Positions 13,486-28,100 of a stretch of DNA of 64,000 nucleotides are shown here, piece after piece (position 1 is the first letter of the stretch; each line of letters opens with the position of its first letter). The stretch spans positions 38,192,001 to 38,256,000 of the forward strand of contig NC_083417.1 in assembly GCF_020745735.1 (NCBI RefSeq). The letters are read 5' to 3'. The position numbers and the translations under genes were made by a program. A model generated the notes under the pieces. That model had not been told where the DNA came from, ran no database searches, and worked only from the letters and a program-made list of their open reading frames with translations. This DNA comes from Hemiscyllium ocellatum (lineage: Eukaryota).

Positions 13486-16400
13486 GTCAACAGTTTTACC
13501 AGTGCTGACTAAAACATATGCAGGTTTGTTTACAAAACTCTCTGGAATTCTGGATTGTTAGCATTACAATGACCTGAGTGAGACAGGAAGTCAAAGCATA
13601 CATTGTTGGTATTAATTGGATCTGGAAAGCTCAGGCAGAGTAGACCTATTGGTGAGTGGTACTGTATGCCTAATGTCCAAAAAACAATTCTGTGCCACCA
13701 CGTTCTGTCTCCGGCCTGCATCTCTCCTGCTGGCACTTCTAGCAGTCACCAATCTTTTTCCACCAGGTGAAAGATTACAGCTGGGTGAAGTGACAAGAGG
13801 TCGATTGGTGTGAGAGCTAGCCATCTGAAGCCTTGCCTACCCCCTTAACTTGCCAAGTTGGGGGAGGAAAATATAGGTACAGCATTTGGAAGGACCTACA
13901 TGTTTACAAATACACCTCACTGGGGATTGTAATATTCTATCCTACATTTCTTAAAATTTGATTATGATCAATAACTAAGCAGAAAAGGAAGTTTCCCTAT
14001 GTTAATAGTTATCCTGAAATTCAAATGCACAGAAGTCTTTAATGTCAAATACTTAGCAGTAAACATCATCTGGTGCTAGTGCTCTCTCCACAGCTCTCAG
14101 TGGCAATGTAAAGGAGTGATAATCACTTTCATATTTAGTTGTGAACTCAGCAAAATCTTTAGGCCCCAAATATCTGAAAAGCAGAATTGTTTCTCCTTTT
14201 CAGGCAAAAGGTAGGGTTCTACTCGGCTGTAAAATAGTTCCAATTAACACCATTGCTGACTTCTTCGATTAATGATTAAAAACATTTTAAACGTCAAAAT
14301 TATGAAGGAGGAAAAGAAGGGAGAGGGATTAAGGAGAGGGAATGAAATGAGATGGATTATCCGGGTAAAACATTGACAGATGTGACCATTTCTGGACTAC
14401 AGTATTCTACGTGTTGCCTCAAACAAGAATTTTTTGGCACATATTAATAACTTCAGGGGCAGAATGTACCACGAGACCCACTCTCTAATTTCACTCAGTT
14501 AAACTGCATATACACTCTTCAAAGGGCATGGTTTAGATGAGAAGATTTTCATCCCAATAATGATCAATTGCTCTGTCCTTGCAGAATAGTGACATTTTAC
14601 CAGATTGTCAAAATAATTGCATTTATTTTTGATCACAGAACACAACTTGGATACAATATCATTGTTGTACAACATTGTTGTATAGAACTGAAACATTCTT
14701 GCAGTCCTTATATCATGTGATTGTCAATGCAGAATTCTCTGGCAGAGATTTGCTTCGTATACTGTCATACAAAGTGGCCAGGACATAACAATAAGGTCCT
14801 GGCTCAGGTTCTAGTTTCTGTAAAGTCTGTTAATTGCAGGATTCTCACTGTACAAAAACCAGGCATAGCAAATTGGATAGATTTCCTCTTCAACTGAATA
14901 CTACAGAGCTCCATTGCAGGAAATAGACGTGTTCAGTTGCTGCTTGAGAGCATGTGCTCTGCACTGGGGCTTTCTGATTTGCTCCAATCAGTAAAACAGT
15001 GTGGATGCCACAGAAGTGTGCTTTGAACTTCTGAATTCATATCAGTTAGAAATGTACAGGATTTAAATTGCATTGTTGCTGTTAAAATAAGTACCTTTTA
15101 TGTTTTTTTTTCGAAGTTATTTTCTGCATTGTTCTTAATACTGACAGTTTAACATTTGCACTGGAAAAGTGCAGAGAGGAATGTGGTATAAGTGCTTTGG
15201 AATTTCTTAAGTGAATAGCGCTAGTCAAAGTTTTGAAACTCATCAAGAAAAAACAAAATACTTTAATCAAATACTTCAAATCAAAGTAAAATTGTACATT
15301 TTAAAAAATATAGTATTTATACATTACATATTCTTTTAAACCCATGTTAGCAGCAATAACATTTAACAGAATGGAAGATATTGTCCTTGCTATGGTAAGA
15401 CTAGCATTCATTAACCTTGTTCAGTGAAGTAAACTTGTCTGGCCCATAGGCTTGTGTAGCCCCGCAATACGTAATTCGCATAAACATCCTCCAAAGTGGG
15501 ATGAGGCATGGAATGTGTCATATCCAAAGAGCATACTTTATTTAGAAAAAGATATGTAAGAAACAAAGCATACATTTCACCCCAAGATACTTCAACTGAA
15601 GAGTGCTGTCTGTGCTGGGTGTTTACTATGGATAGTTTCAGATGTATACCTTAAGCTGGCACCAACAAACCAAGACATCAACAACACAAACATGTCCTCT
15701 TTTATGAGCCACTGTGTTTTAGACAGTTCATTTTCAAAATTGATTGCACTTTCTTAAAGACGAATCATATCATGGAATTTCCCCCAGGTCAACAAAGGTT
15801 TCCAGTTTGTCAATGCTGCTTTCTGGATAGCCATCTTTTTTTTCTGGAGACAGTCAGGAAAACTTCCCATGGTGTAAACTCACTGATCCTGGAACAGTCG
15901 AGCAGAGTTTGTCCCTGAACCTGTTCATGTGAGACAAATGCTGAATTCAATAACAGCTTGTGTCTTAATGAAATACATTTTCTTGTCATATAGCTTCTGA
16001 AAGCAAAAGATTAAAAGTTTCAGGAATGGAGGGAACAAATATCACTAAAACAAAAGCAAGATATTGAGGATGATAGAAATTTGAAATAAAAACACAAAGC
16101 ACTGCAGAAACTTAGCAGGATTGGTAACATCTATGGAGATAGAAACAGAGTTAATCTTTTGAGTCTGAATGCACTTTTCCTCAGAAGAAGTGTTGGACAG
16201 GACCCAAAGCATTTACTATATTGCTGGATCCACAGATGCTCCCAGACCTACACAGATTTTCCAGCACTTTGTTTCTATCTTAGAACAAAGGTCACTCCTC
16301 CACAACAATGAACACTGCCTATCAATACATGATTGAATAACAATGGTTTTGTTGTTCACCCACCAGAGTGACTCAAACAGAGCCTACATGTGAAGCTTCC

Positions 16401-17104
16401 TGCATACATTCCTGTAGCACAGCCAGGCTGCATCATTGTTTGAATGCATACATCTATTAGGCTACTGTTAGGAAGCATCATTAAGGTTAGGTTGTGTTAA
16501 GAAACTTTATTGTTAGGTAGTGCTCACATAAGGTAGTATTAGCAAGTCTGGGAATTGTTAGCTTCACTAGACAACAGTAAGCCATTATGTTACACTAAGA
16601 ACAGACTGAAAAGCTGATGGCAAGAAGAGGCCCCAGGGAGGGTGAACAGATAACAGGACATTGAAACCGTGTTAGATTGCACGTAGCTCATACTGAGGTA
16701 ACAGAATGTTATCAGTTTTGGGACCAATCCCATAAGAGTATACCGTATCCTACCAAATAAGGATGTAGCACTGGGATGCGAGGGGGCTAAAAAGCTAGAC
16801 AAAGAGAACAATAGATCAGAAGGCGCTTTCTCCAGTGAGCAGAAAACACCTCACTGTATTTTGTACGGCTCTCTCTCATTAAACCAGCTTATATTTTGAA
16901 TCAGATCCAGTGTTCCTCTCCTTCAAATGAACACGGGGACGGTAGCCCGTCCTAACAGCTACCTAACTAATCATATGCTCTGCTCTGAATCAGTGTTGGA
17001 GAATGAGCTTCCTTTTGAGCTCCAAGTCATATTTATAGAAATACAAGAATCAATGTAGTAACGGGATTGTATATTTCACTCAAATGTTTGCACATCTTTG
17101 ATAG

Positions 17105-17180
17105 CTGAAAAATGTGTTGCTGGAAAAGCGCAGCAGGTCAGGCAGCATCCAAGGAGCAGGAGAATCGACGTTTCGGGCAA
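17105..17180 (-). mobile_element. PLE terminal fragment
   Basis: aaaatgtgttgctggaaaagcgcagcaggtcaggcagcatcc..gacgtttcgggc matches the PLE arm. Confidence 0.7.
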
Positions 17181-19055
17181 AAGCAGACCTTGAAATATAT
17201 CGCACATGTATATATGTCATATTTCATAGTTTGTGCCATTCTTTGCTAAGTTGAAACACAATCTGCACAAGATTTCTACCTCAGTAAGACTAAATTGCTC
17301 AATGTCAGTTTCCATTTGAAATTGGCAGAGAAATCACACACAATGAAAATTGATCAAAACTGACCATGGGACATCAGCAGCAAACCGGAGACTGTAATTG
17401 GGTAGCTCATGCAGCTTATGGGTTAGAGGGTTTGAAATTTTAGTTAGCTTGGCCCTGGAGGTTTGCGAGAGGATATTGCAGACACAAGGCATGGAAAGGC
17501 CTATTGAATCTGAAGCAGCACCAGCCTAGAGAATTTCTCTGTGAACAGGACAACGTCTGCTTCACCCAGTTTTACAGATATTAAAATCCCAAAAGAAAAA
17601 TTCCTCCCCTGTTTTTGTGGTTACCCTGCAATCCATATAAAAGTCCTAAATTAGCCATTAAAGTTCCAGAACAGATAGACATGCATAAAGTGTGCAGCTG
17701 ACAATCATTTTGCAGCCGTGTTCAAAATGAGCACCAAGACCTAAATCTTGAACATTCAAGGCATTTGGCTGGTTACTAGGACACTAAGAAGTCATTGTGC
17801 TCTTCTAAGGATCTCTGGGTATAAAAAATTGCTGCTGGATATCTGTGCACAGATATCCATCTTTACTGTCCTCTTTAAAATTGTCAGTATATTGCAACAT
17901 AGATATTTTTTTCTGTTGTTATTTTAGCATTAGTTTCTTTTCTCCTTGCTGCTTTCAAACGAACAGACTTGTACCTTTAGGTGGGTTTTCCACAAAGAAA
18001 GAGTCATGAGGTCATTCTTGTTTGTGTTTTGTATGCCGAAAAGCAAGATGGCAGAACAGACTGATGTCTGGGCACAGTATGTCTTCATTAGCATAAAAAA
18101 ACTGCCATTTCCCCCTTTTTGTTTGTACTTTGCCTGAATATTATTTTAGTAGATTTCAGCTATGCTGCAGCACTGTAGAAGACCCATTTTTAAAAAGTGG
18201 ATTATCTGTGATCATCCTATTTAAAAGAGAGAGACTCTAGATAAGATAGGTGTCCTGAAATTTATCAACAATATTAACTGTTTAGATTGTTAGCATATCA
18301 CATATTTAAACATAGTCTGGGTGTTGTACTTAATGATATTATGTACTTTACATACGCATAGCTGATTGACTGAACACACTACACTGATGTCAATGCACCA
18401 AGGGTGTTTTAGAGGTTAGGTGGACACCTTTATTTTGGAATGTCACATATTATGACATCATGTAATATCTTAAGGTACACACGCATTAACATAACCCTGA
18501 CCTTATGTTTCTTACCAGCAGGGACTGCTGGCACTTTCTAGAAGTATTCAGTTCAGAGGGTGCCCCAGCATTGTTGTCAGGTTGGCAGGTGGGAGGGTGA
18601 TTTTGATCGTAGAATTGGAAAGGTGGCTAGTGGTCCCTGAGAACAACCGACAAGCTGAAAACAGGCTTCCATGTGCAACCTGAAAGATTTCATTACCTTT
18701 GGAAAATCATTGCTAATTGCTTAACAACATCAATTGGCTTTCACTACTGCCTACTAGGTTACCATCAGCACTTTGAACGTGCCCCTGGACAGTGTGGGAG
18801 GTACTGAGATTGTCCAGTCAAATGTTAATCCCTTGTATCCAATCCTATACCCAAAGATCTGATAAAATTTCTTTTCATGTTGCTTCTATAATCCTGACAA
18901 GGACACAAAAAGAAGAATTATGTTTTTCAGGGCTGATGAGCTTTACTCATCAAGCACATTACTTTTGTACTGATAATATAAATACACAGAAGAAACTTTT
19001 ATCTTGAGCTGCACACCTGTCCAAGGTACATACCTGTGCGTTTAATTCTCCCAAA

Positions 19056-19140
19056 TTAATTCAGTCGAACATTTGGGTTTTTATGATTGGCATTTTTCAG
19101 TCTTTCCTTTCCATCATTTGAGATGTCATTCACCAGAATC
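19056..19140 (-). CDS. Terminal LRR exon ILVNDISNDGKERLKNANHKNPNVRLN-stop
   Basis: Acceptor cttcctcttttag|; phase 2 completes TGG (W) from the previous exon; TAA at 19056-19058. Confidence 0.8.
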
Positions 19141-22100
19141 CTAAAAGAGGAAGACACCAAATGATTCTAAAAAGTAAGGATCAAAAGTTTTCAGTTCTTC
19201 AATGAGTAAAAGGGCCGAACACTAGGATAATGAAATGAAAGATCATTTTGTAAAGGCTGTTTTTTTCTCTGTCGTTCTTTCTTCATCCACAGGGAAGAAT
19301 TATGTACTTTTTTTTATTTTGTTCTTGTACTTGCTTGGATGCAATATAGAAAAGCAAATGAAGTGGGAAATCTCGTGTATAAAATGGTGCACACTTCATT
19401 TTCTTTTTGGCTTAAGTGCAGTCACAAAAAAACTCTGCTTTAAATGTGACCAGAACATGCATTTTTTAAAAAAACTACTTCCATTCCAAGTGGCAACTGT
19501 AACATCTTTTAACTTGTTACAACAAACACTATAAATGATACATGATTTCTTCTGACGCTGCAAAAAAAGTCATGAGACACTGTGTAAATGTCAGTATAAT
19601 TATTATATACTAGATGTTTTGAGGCGATTCTGAAGTAACTATTTCAAAGAATAAATGTGTTCTCCTGTTGATACCTGAAATAATTCCGCAGAGGCTGATC
19701 TTCTATCACCATTCACACTTTAGTTACATGTAGAAAGTTCTTGACACTGAGCCAGTTCAGAGTGAACAAGACTCCTGTTCTTATCTGTAAGCTAGGGCTC
19801 CCTGATTGGACATGATCAACAGCCCCAAACAGAAACTCGTATTCTATGATGCCTTTCTGGTGTTACATTCACTACAATACCCATCGTGAGCAGTTCTGTT
19901 TAACACTGTGTTATTGCAAAGTGGTTTTTTCAACACAGACTGAAATTAACTTTTATTTATTTTTAACTAGAACTAATTATAAATATTAAGTTATTTTGCC
20001 AGTTAAGTAAAATAAACATACCTATTATATCTTACATTTCTCTTTTAACTCAGTAGCATTTTAAAAAGGAACTTTAATTCCTCATCACAATGTGAATCTC
20101 GTTCTTAATAAAACAAAGGTCAAATTTTAAAATTTGTCTGTTATTTTTGCCTCGCTTTCCAGTGGGATCACAGCATAGACACACCGATAAACAGAAACAT
20201 TAGCATAGGAGTTGACATTTAGTCCACTGAGGTTATATCACCATTCACTGAACTTGTGACCGATCTGTGAACTAACTACATTTACCTGCCTGCATTCCGT
20301 ATTCTTTGGTGAATGAAAATTGATTACTCTCAGTTTTGAAATTAACATTTAATCCAGTATCGGTTACTTTTTGTGAAAGAAAGAGAGGGTGAAACCTCTA
20401 GCACCTTTTGCATGAAGAAATGTTTCCTAATTTCACTCCTGAAAAATTGTGCCTACCTTTTTTTTTACTATGGTCCTAGATGAATACAACATAACTAGTG
20501 AAGATACTTTCTCTCAATCTATTTTACCAGTTTTTCTTAATACCTTGAAAACTTCAGTCAAATCACTCTTAAATATTCCAAATTCTAGGGAATACAACAT
20601 AAATTTATGTCATTTCACCAAAAATTTACTCTTGATGTCCAGGTATTATTCAGAAACAGCGAGAATGCACTGAACCAAGACCAATACCATATATTCACCT
20701 AGGGTGTGGGGCTCAGAACTGCTTTCAGTGGTCTAACCAGGATATGTATAGCTATCTTTCACCCTCTTGCACTCTGTTCCAGTAGAAATAAGACCGTATT
20801 AACCCTTTTAGCTATTTTCTGAAATGGGTTATATCTCTACATTCCGCACCCCATTTCATCAGGTCTCTTTGGATGTCCGAGAGTTTTTAGCTTTTCACAA
20901 GCTCTGTTTTATTCTTTTACATCTGACAATACTGAAATCCGTTTGCCACCATTTTGCTAATCCACCTAAATGATCAATATTTCTTTTGCATTTTCATTTA
21001 CACTGATTACAATTCTACAATTTTTGTTTCATCATCAAGATTGAAGAAGAAGCTTCAAAATACAATCTTCTAAGAAAATGCCAGCCTTCTATCTATGACT
21101 GTAATCAACTAAAAATTTTCAAAAAAAGAACATTTTAATAAATGGACAATAAAACAAAATTCTTACCACAACTCTTCAAGTGTGTCATTCACTTCTAAAG
21201 CACTTCTAAAATAATCGCTGCCTTTCTCACTGATTCCATTGTCTCCGAGTCTACAAACAAATATTCTCCATTGTATTAATGAGCACTCACAAAGTACAGC
21301 AATATGTACAATGAAATCCCTTAAATATGAAAATGAATGAATCACAAATACATATAACAACATGAAAATAACAGAGCACTTTTAAAGGAGCCATTCTCTT
21401 AAAAATGAATAATGACCTGCCTCCAGCCAAATTAATCCTATGTGGGAAATCAGATGGGGCATTTGCTGAACCACCACTAACTGAGGCTTTTAACTGGGAA
21501 ACTGATACCCATGTAAGCCTCTCATAGCACCACTGCTGGTATTCACCTAGTGGTGAGGCTAGGTGGAGTGGTGCAGAGGGAGATCTGACCACGTTCAGAG
21601 CCCACCGAATGAACCTTAACCGGGTGTGTATGCGTGTGTGTGTCCATCCTTCCTCATTGTACTAACTCAAAGGACCAAGCATCACGACTCAGTACTCCAT
21701 TGAGAGACTCATCTCTGTCCTATTTGCCAATCCTTCTCCCATGCAGCCCACCACCTCCTTGGCCTGTGCCTAGTGAGTACCTGAAGCAGCAAATATTAGC
21801 TCCCTTGTGCCATTTAATAATTAGCGCTGCTGGCTTCTGGAGGGCAAGCAGTTCTTGCTGGGTGGGAAGTCTGCCCTTTGGGTCCATGATTCTGGGAAAG
21901 GCCCACCACTGCCCAGTTAAATGACTGATCAGATTTAACAACAAAGATGGGACAGATGGTTTGCGCCATGTTTCCAGCTCGCAGTTGGCATTCCCAATGC
22001 CTCTGTCCAATGTAGCCAAAGCTCACTGTAAACATCAGCCAGGCTCAGCCCATGAGCACACAGACAAGTGCTAAACAACCAGGCAATAAGAAATGTGAGT

Positions 22101-25100
22101 AAAATCAAACTTAAAAGCTCACCTGAAAATAGGTGAACCTGGGAGAGATTGGGATTGGAAAAAACATTCTTCTGTGAGTATACATTTAAGCACTTACCTT
22201 AGTTCAACCAAGCTGCGATTTTTTTTCATTGCTTCTGCCATATACATTGCACCTTCATCCCCGATTTTGTTAAATTGCAAGCTGAAACAGGACACACATA
22301 CATTTAATTTCCCTTCAATAATGAGAACAGCCCTCATGGCACCAAACTAACTCAATTCATTAATATTTTGAGCACTTTGGGAAAAAAAGGAAGCTCATTA
22401 CACTCCTAAGTTCAATCTTCAACAGATACTAAGTTAGCTCATTTAACTTGAGGTGGTTATGGAGCATTGGTTCATAGCCTGTAGGTGAAAGAGTGATAAT
22501 GAAATTGAACCAGGTTTTCTAGTTTATGAGCTAGTGACTTCTACACTGCCACCAATGATGAGGAGGTAAGAACAGCATCAGCTTCAGGTATAGTTGTAAT
22601 AATGCCTGTGAATATTAGAGATTCATGGATGAGGAAATGCATCCATAGCATGATGGAACCATCTTGTGCTTTCAGAAAGGGAGGGGGAAATGGGGATTAA
22701 GAAAAAGGAAAGTTGAATTCTTGAGGGATAACGGTGCAGTGCTTTGGAACATCAAGCGCTCTGCCATTCATTTGTAGAGTGCAGGACCACAAGTACATCG
22801 TCTCATATGGTGGGAACCTTTCTCTGGCCGAGCAAAATGAAGACCATGAATAAAGAGAAAAAAGCTCCAGAATTCCTCAGGTGGGAATGTTCTCATTAAT
22901 TTGTAAGGTAGTCTTATTTGCATGGATCAGGTGTAAGGCTGTTTTTGAAAAGTTTCTCCATTGTTGACAGTAACTTTAGTGCTCATTTTCCCTTTGTAAT
23001 GGAAATTTCCCAATGCCATTTGCTACTGCACCTGGCAATTAGTTCTATAGACAAGGGTGCTAATTTGAGCTACTATTGGGGTCCATAGTCAATCCTGTGG
23101 AAGCCAATATACCAGCATTCCATGGACCAGCTATTATCAATACACAGTCACATTGCAGCATTGTAGTGTGAGCTCCTAGCTTAAGGAAAGCCAATCAACT
23201 GTTCTAATAATTACTACTTTTAACTTAGCAAAGGACATAACTTCCTCTGAGGTATTGAGGAAATGGGTGGTGACAGACCATGTCTTCCAGTGGGTTCAGG
23301 CCCTATTTTTAAATAAACACATTTAGGGAACATTTCAAATATTAATAATTTAATAATGTAATTCTGTCTCTAGTTATAGTTGGGAGATACAGTTACTTTT
23401 ATCTTGGGTTTATTAAATAATGAAACACACTAGTTAATTTGTCAACACTCCAGGAAGTAGAGTATTGAGAATTCCTCTTCGTCAAGATAAAGATCCACTA
23501 TGGACTTAAATTGGGAACCATGAACAGTGCTGTCATGAAATTTAGCAATATCCACGGGTAGTGCACACAAGATTTGAGGAAACAATACCCGAAAACTCGC
23601 AACGTTGTGTTCATCTCCAGGGCTTCAGCAATCGAACGGGCACCTTTACCTCGGACAGAATTTGCCCTTAATCTAGTGAAATCAGAGAGATTTTGTTAAA
23701 ATAAACAAAGTAAAACCGTCAGTCATCATAACAGCAGTTAATTTTGTTTATAAATTCTCCTGCAAGTTTGACAAACATTCGATATTGCTAAGTTGAATGC
23801 ATACCCCAACGTTTTCAGACTCCTGTTTGTTTTCAATGCATCAGCTATTTGAGCTGCTCCTTTTTCCTGTATGGAGTTGTGCTTCAACCTGTGAAGATTC
23901 CAGATATTCAGACAGTATAACATTTGTATCATTTGCCTGGATCTGAAGCTAGCAATACACAAATATCCATGGACACTGTAGTCCATCAGTTCACTGATAG
24001 CATCTGATTTACTTATAACTGATTTGGAAATTTCCCAATTAACTTAGGACGCATGGCATACAGGGACAATATTTATTGCAGTTAAACAGTGAAATGCAAC
24101 CTCTTACAGTATAAAACACATCAGAAACATTTATTTTCATGTGCTAAACAGAGTTACTTAATTTAATGTTGCATTTATTACACTGCTTTTAACTTGAATC
24201 AGAAACACAATGGTTAGATTAGATTAGATTAGTTACAGTGTGGAAACAGGCCCTTCGGCCCAACAAGTCCACACCGACCCGCCGAAGCGCAACCCACCCA
24301 GACCCATTCCCCTACCTTTACCCCTTCACCTAACACTACGGGCAATTTAGCATGGTAGGAAGAAACCGGAGCACCCAGAGGAAACCCACACAGACACGGG
24401 GAGAATGTGCAAACTCCACACAGACAGTTGCCTGAGGCAGGAATTGAACCCAGGTCTCTGGCACTGTGAGGCAGCAGTGCTAACCACTGTGCCACCGTGC
24501 CGTGGTGTAAATACATTTTGGAGTTACTTAATTTTGAGAATCAAGATTATTATTTACAACCAGCTAAAACTAATGATATGATATATTCGAAAAAATAAGC
24601 AAGACAGGTCATCGGCTTCTATTACAAAAATCAATTAGAGTCATAGTCATAGAGATGTACAGCTTCGGTCCAACTCATCCATGCCAACCAGATGTCCCAA
24701 CCCAATCTAGTCCTATCTTCCCGTACCTGGCCGATATCCCTCCAAACCCCTCCTATTCATATACCCATCCAGATGCCTTTTAAATGCTGCAATTGTACCA
24801 GCCTCCACCACTTCCTCTGGCAGCTCATTCCATACACATACCACCCTCTGCATGAAAACATTGCCCTTTAGGTCTCTTTTATATCTTTCCCGTCTCACCC
24901 TAAACCTATGCCCTCTAGTTATGGACTCCCCTACCTCAGGGAAAAGACTTTGTCTATTTATCCTATCCATGCCCCTCATGATTTTGTAAACCTCTATAAA
25001 GGTAACCACCCCAGCCTCCAATGCTCCAGGGAAAACAGCCCCAGCCTGTTCAGTCTCTCTCTCTATAGCTCAAATCCTCCAACCCTGTCAACACCATTGT

Positions 25101-28100
25101 AAATCTTTTCTGAACCCTTTCAAGTTTCACAACATCTTTCCGATAGGAAGGAGACCAGATTTGCATGCAACATTCCATCAGTGGCCTAACCAATGTCCTG
25201 TACAGCCGCAACATGACCTCCCAACTCCTGTACTAAATACTCTGACCAATAAAGAAAAGCACACCAAACGTCTTCTTCACTATCCTATCTACCTATGATT
25301 CCACTTTCAAGGAGCTATGAACCTGTACTCTAAGGTCTCTTTGTTCAGTAGCACTCCCAAGGATCTTAACATTAAGTGTCTAGGTTCTACTAAGATTTGC
25401 TTTCCCAAAATGCAGCACCTCACATTTATCTAAATTAAACTCCATCTGCCACTTCTCAACCCATTGGCCCATCTGATCAAGATCCCGTTGTAAGCTGAGG
25501 TAATCTTCTTCGTTATGCACTACACCTCCAATTTTGGTGTCATCTGCAAACTTACTAACTATACCTCTTATGCTCACATCCAAATCATTTATATGTATGA
25601 TGAAAAGTAGTAGACCCAGCACCGATCTTTGTGGCACTCCACTGGTCACAGGCCTCCAGTCTAAAAAACAACCCTCCACCACCACCCTCTGTTTTCTACA
25701 TTTGAGCCAGTACTGAATTGAAATGACTAGTTCTCCATGTATTCCGTGAGATCTAACCTTGCTAACCAATCTCCCATGGGGGCCCTTGTCGAATGCCTTA
25801 CTGAAGTCCAAATAGATTACACCTACCGCTCTGCAATTGTCAATCCTCTTTTTTACTTCTTCAAAAATCTCAATCAAGTTTATGAGACATGATTTCCCAC
25901 GCACAAAGCCATGTTGACTATCCCTAATTGCCTTTCCAAATATGTGTACGTCCTGTCCCTCAGGATTCCCTCCAACAACTTGCCCACCACTGATGTCAGG
26001 CTCACGGGTCTATAGTTCCCTGGCTTGTCCTTACCACCTTTCTTAAACAGTGGCACCACGTTAGCCAACCTCCAGTCTTCCGGCATCTCACCTGCGACTA
26101 TCGATGATGCAAGTATCTCAGCAAGAGGCCCAGCAATCACTTCTCCAGCTTCCCACAGAGTTCTAGGGTACACATGATCAGGTCCAGGGGATTTATCCAC
26201 TTTTACATGTTTCTAGATATCCACCACTTCCTCCTCTGTAATATGGACACTTTTCAAGATATCACAATCTATTTCCCCACATTCTATATCTTCCATGTCC
26301 TTCTCCACAGTAAATACTAATGCAAAATACTCGCTAAGTATCTCCCCCATCTCCTCCACACAAAGGATGCTTTACTGATCTTTGAGAGGCCCTATTCTCT
26401 CCCTAGTTACCCTTTTGTCCTTAATGTATTTGTAAAAACCTTTTGGATTCACCTTAACCCTATTTGCCAAAGTTATCTCATGTCCCCTTTTTGCCCTCCT
26501 GATTTCCCTCTTAAGTATACTCCTATTGCCTTTATATTCTTCTAAGGATTCACTCGATCTATCCTGTCTATACCGGACATATGTTTCCTTCTTATCTCTT
26601 TCCTCACTACGTTCTTGGGTCCCATCCCCCATCCTTACTAGTTTAAATCCTCCTGAGCAGCTCTAGCAAATCTCCCTGCAAGTATGTTAGTCCCCTTCCA
26701 ATTTATGTGCAATGTGTCCTTCTTACACAGGTCACTTCTACCCCAAAAGAACTTCCAATGATCCAAAAATGTGAATCCTTCTCCCATACACCAGCTCCTC
26801 AGCCATGCATTCATCTGCTCCATCCTTCTATTCCTGCCCTCGCTAGCTCATAGCATCGGGAGTAATCCAGATATTACTACTTTCGAGGACCTCCTTTTTA
26901 AATTTCTGTCTAATTCTCTGTAATCTCTCTTCAGAGTCTCAATCCTTTCCCTTCCTATGTTGTTGGTTCCAATGTGTACAATGACCTCCTGCTGGCCCCT
27001 CTCCCCCGCGATCACATTCTGCACCCTCTCTGAGACATCCTTGATCATGACATCAGGGAAACAACACACCATTCTGATTTTTTGCTGCTGGCCACAAAAT
27101 GTCTGTTTGTACCTCGGACTAGAGAGTCCCCCTAACACAAATAATTGCGTGGAGCCCATCATGCTTTAAGATTACTGTCCTGACGTATTCATTGATTTGT
27201 TTAACATTTGTTTAAAGATTTTGTTTTAAACAGTGAATGCTGATGTTACTGTAAGAAAACTCGTTTGGAAAAGTTAGCATTGCAAAATACCTACATATGT
27301 GATATAATAATCACTGAAAATCCAATGATTAAATATTACTTCTATGCTAACAGATTTTTAAAAAATCATTTACTTCAATAAGTCCTCCCAATTTCTGTAT
27401 TGGCATTGGCTATAGTATAATCTAATAAAACAAAAATAACAATAGAAAAGTGTACTAATCATAACTTTTAACAATTTAATCTTTAAGATATACAATGTAA
27501 GTCCAGGCTTCTATAAAGGACAAAGTTAAGAACCTGAAAACAAAACTGTTGATCAACACAATGATAAAACAGTTCAAGGAGTTTAGAATTAACTTTGTTA
27601 TTCTTTGGCTGTGAATTTTAACTCTTAAAAAGTCAGTTTTTAACGAACAACATTTTGTTTAGTTTCTATCTTCACCGTGAACCAAAATTTGCAATTGATA
27701 TTTGATTTTATCCACTCTGCCATTTTTAAGATGTGAAACAGATGAAGGCAATTTACCTTAAAATTTCTATTCTGCACATCTTACTTCTGAGTGCATTTGC
27801 AATGATCTCTGCTCCTTCATCTTCCAGCATGTTTCCCTCTAAACTGTGGATGAAAGGAAAATTATCATTGTTTTGTTCACTTGGTATTTGTGAATATTCT
27901 TCAGCTAATGAAATATTCATTCCTGTAGCTGCACTGGGTGAACAATTCAATTTTAGGTAGCTCATTTCTGCTCATGGCATGGCCTCCTATGCTCCTCATT
28001 CACCCAGGACTGACCCCTGGCTTTATGGTAAGGATAGAGGGGGTGATATGCCAGATCATGAGGCTGCAGGTTGTAGATGAGTGCAACTGTGCTCCTGCTG

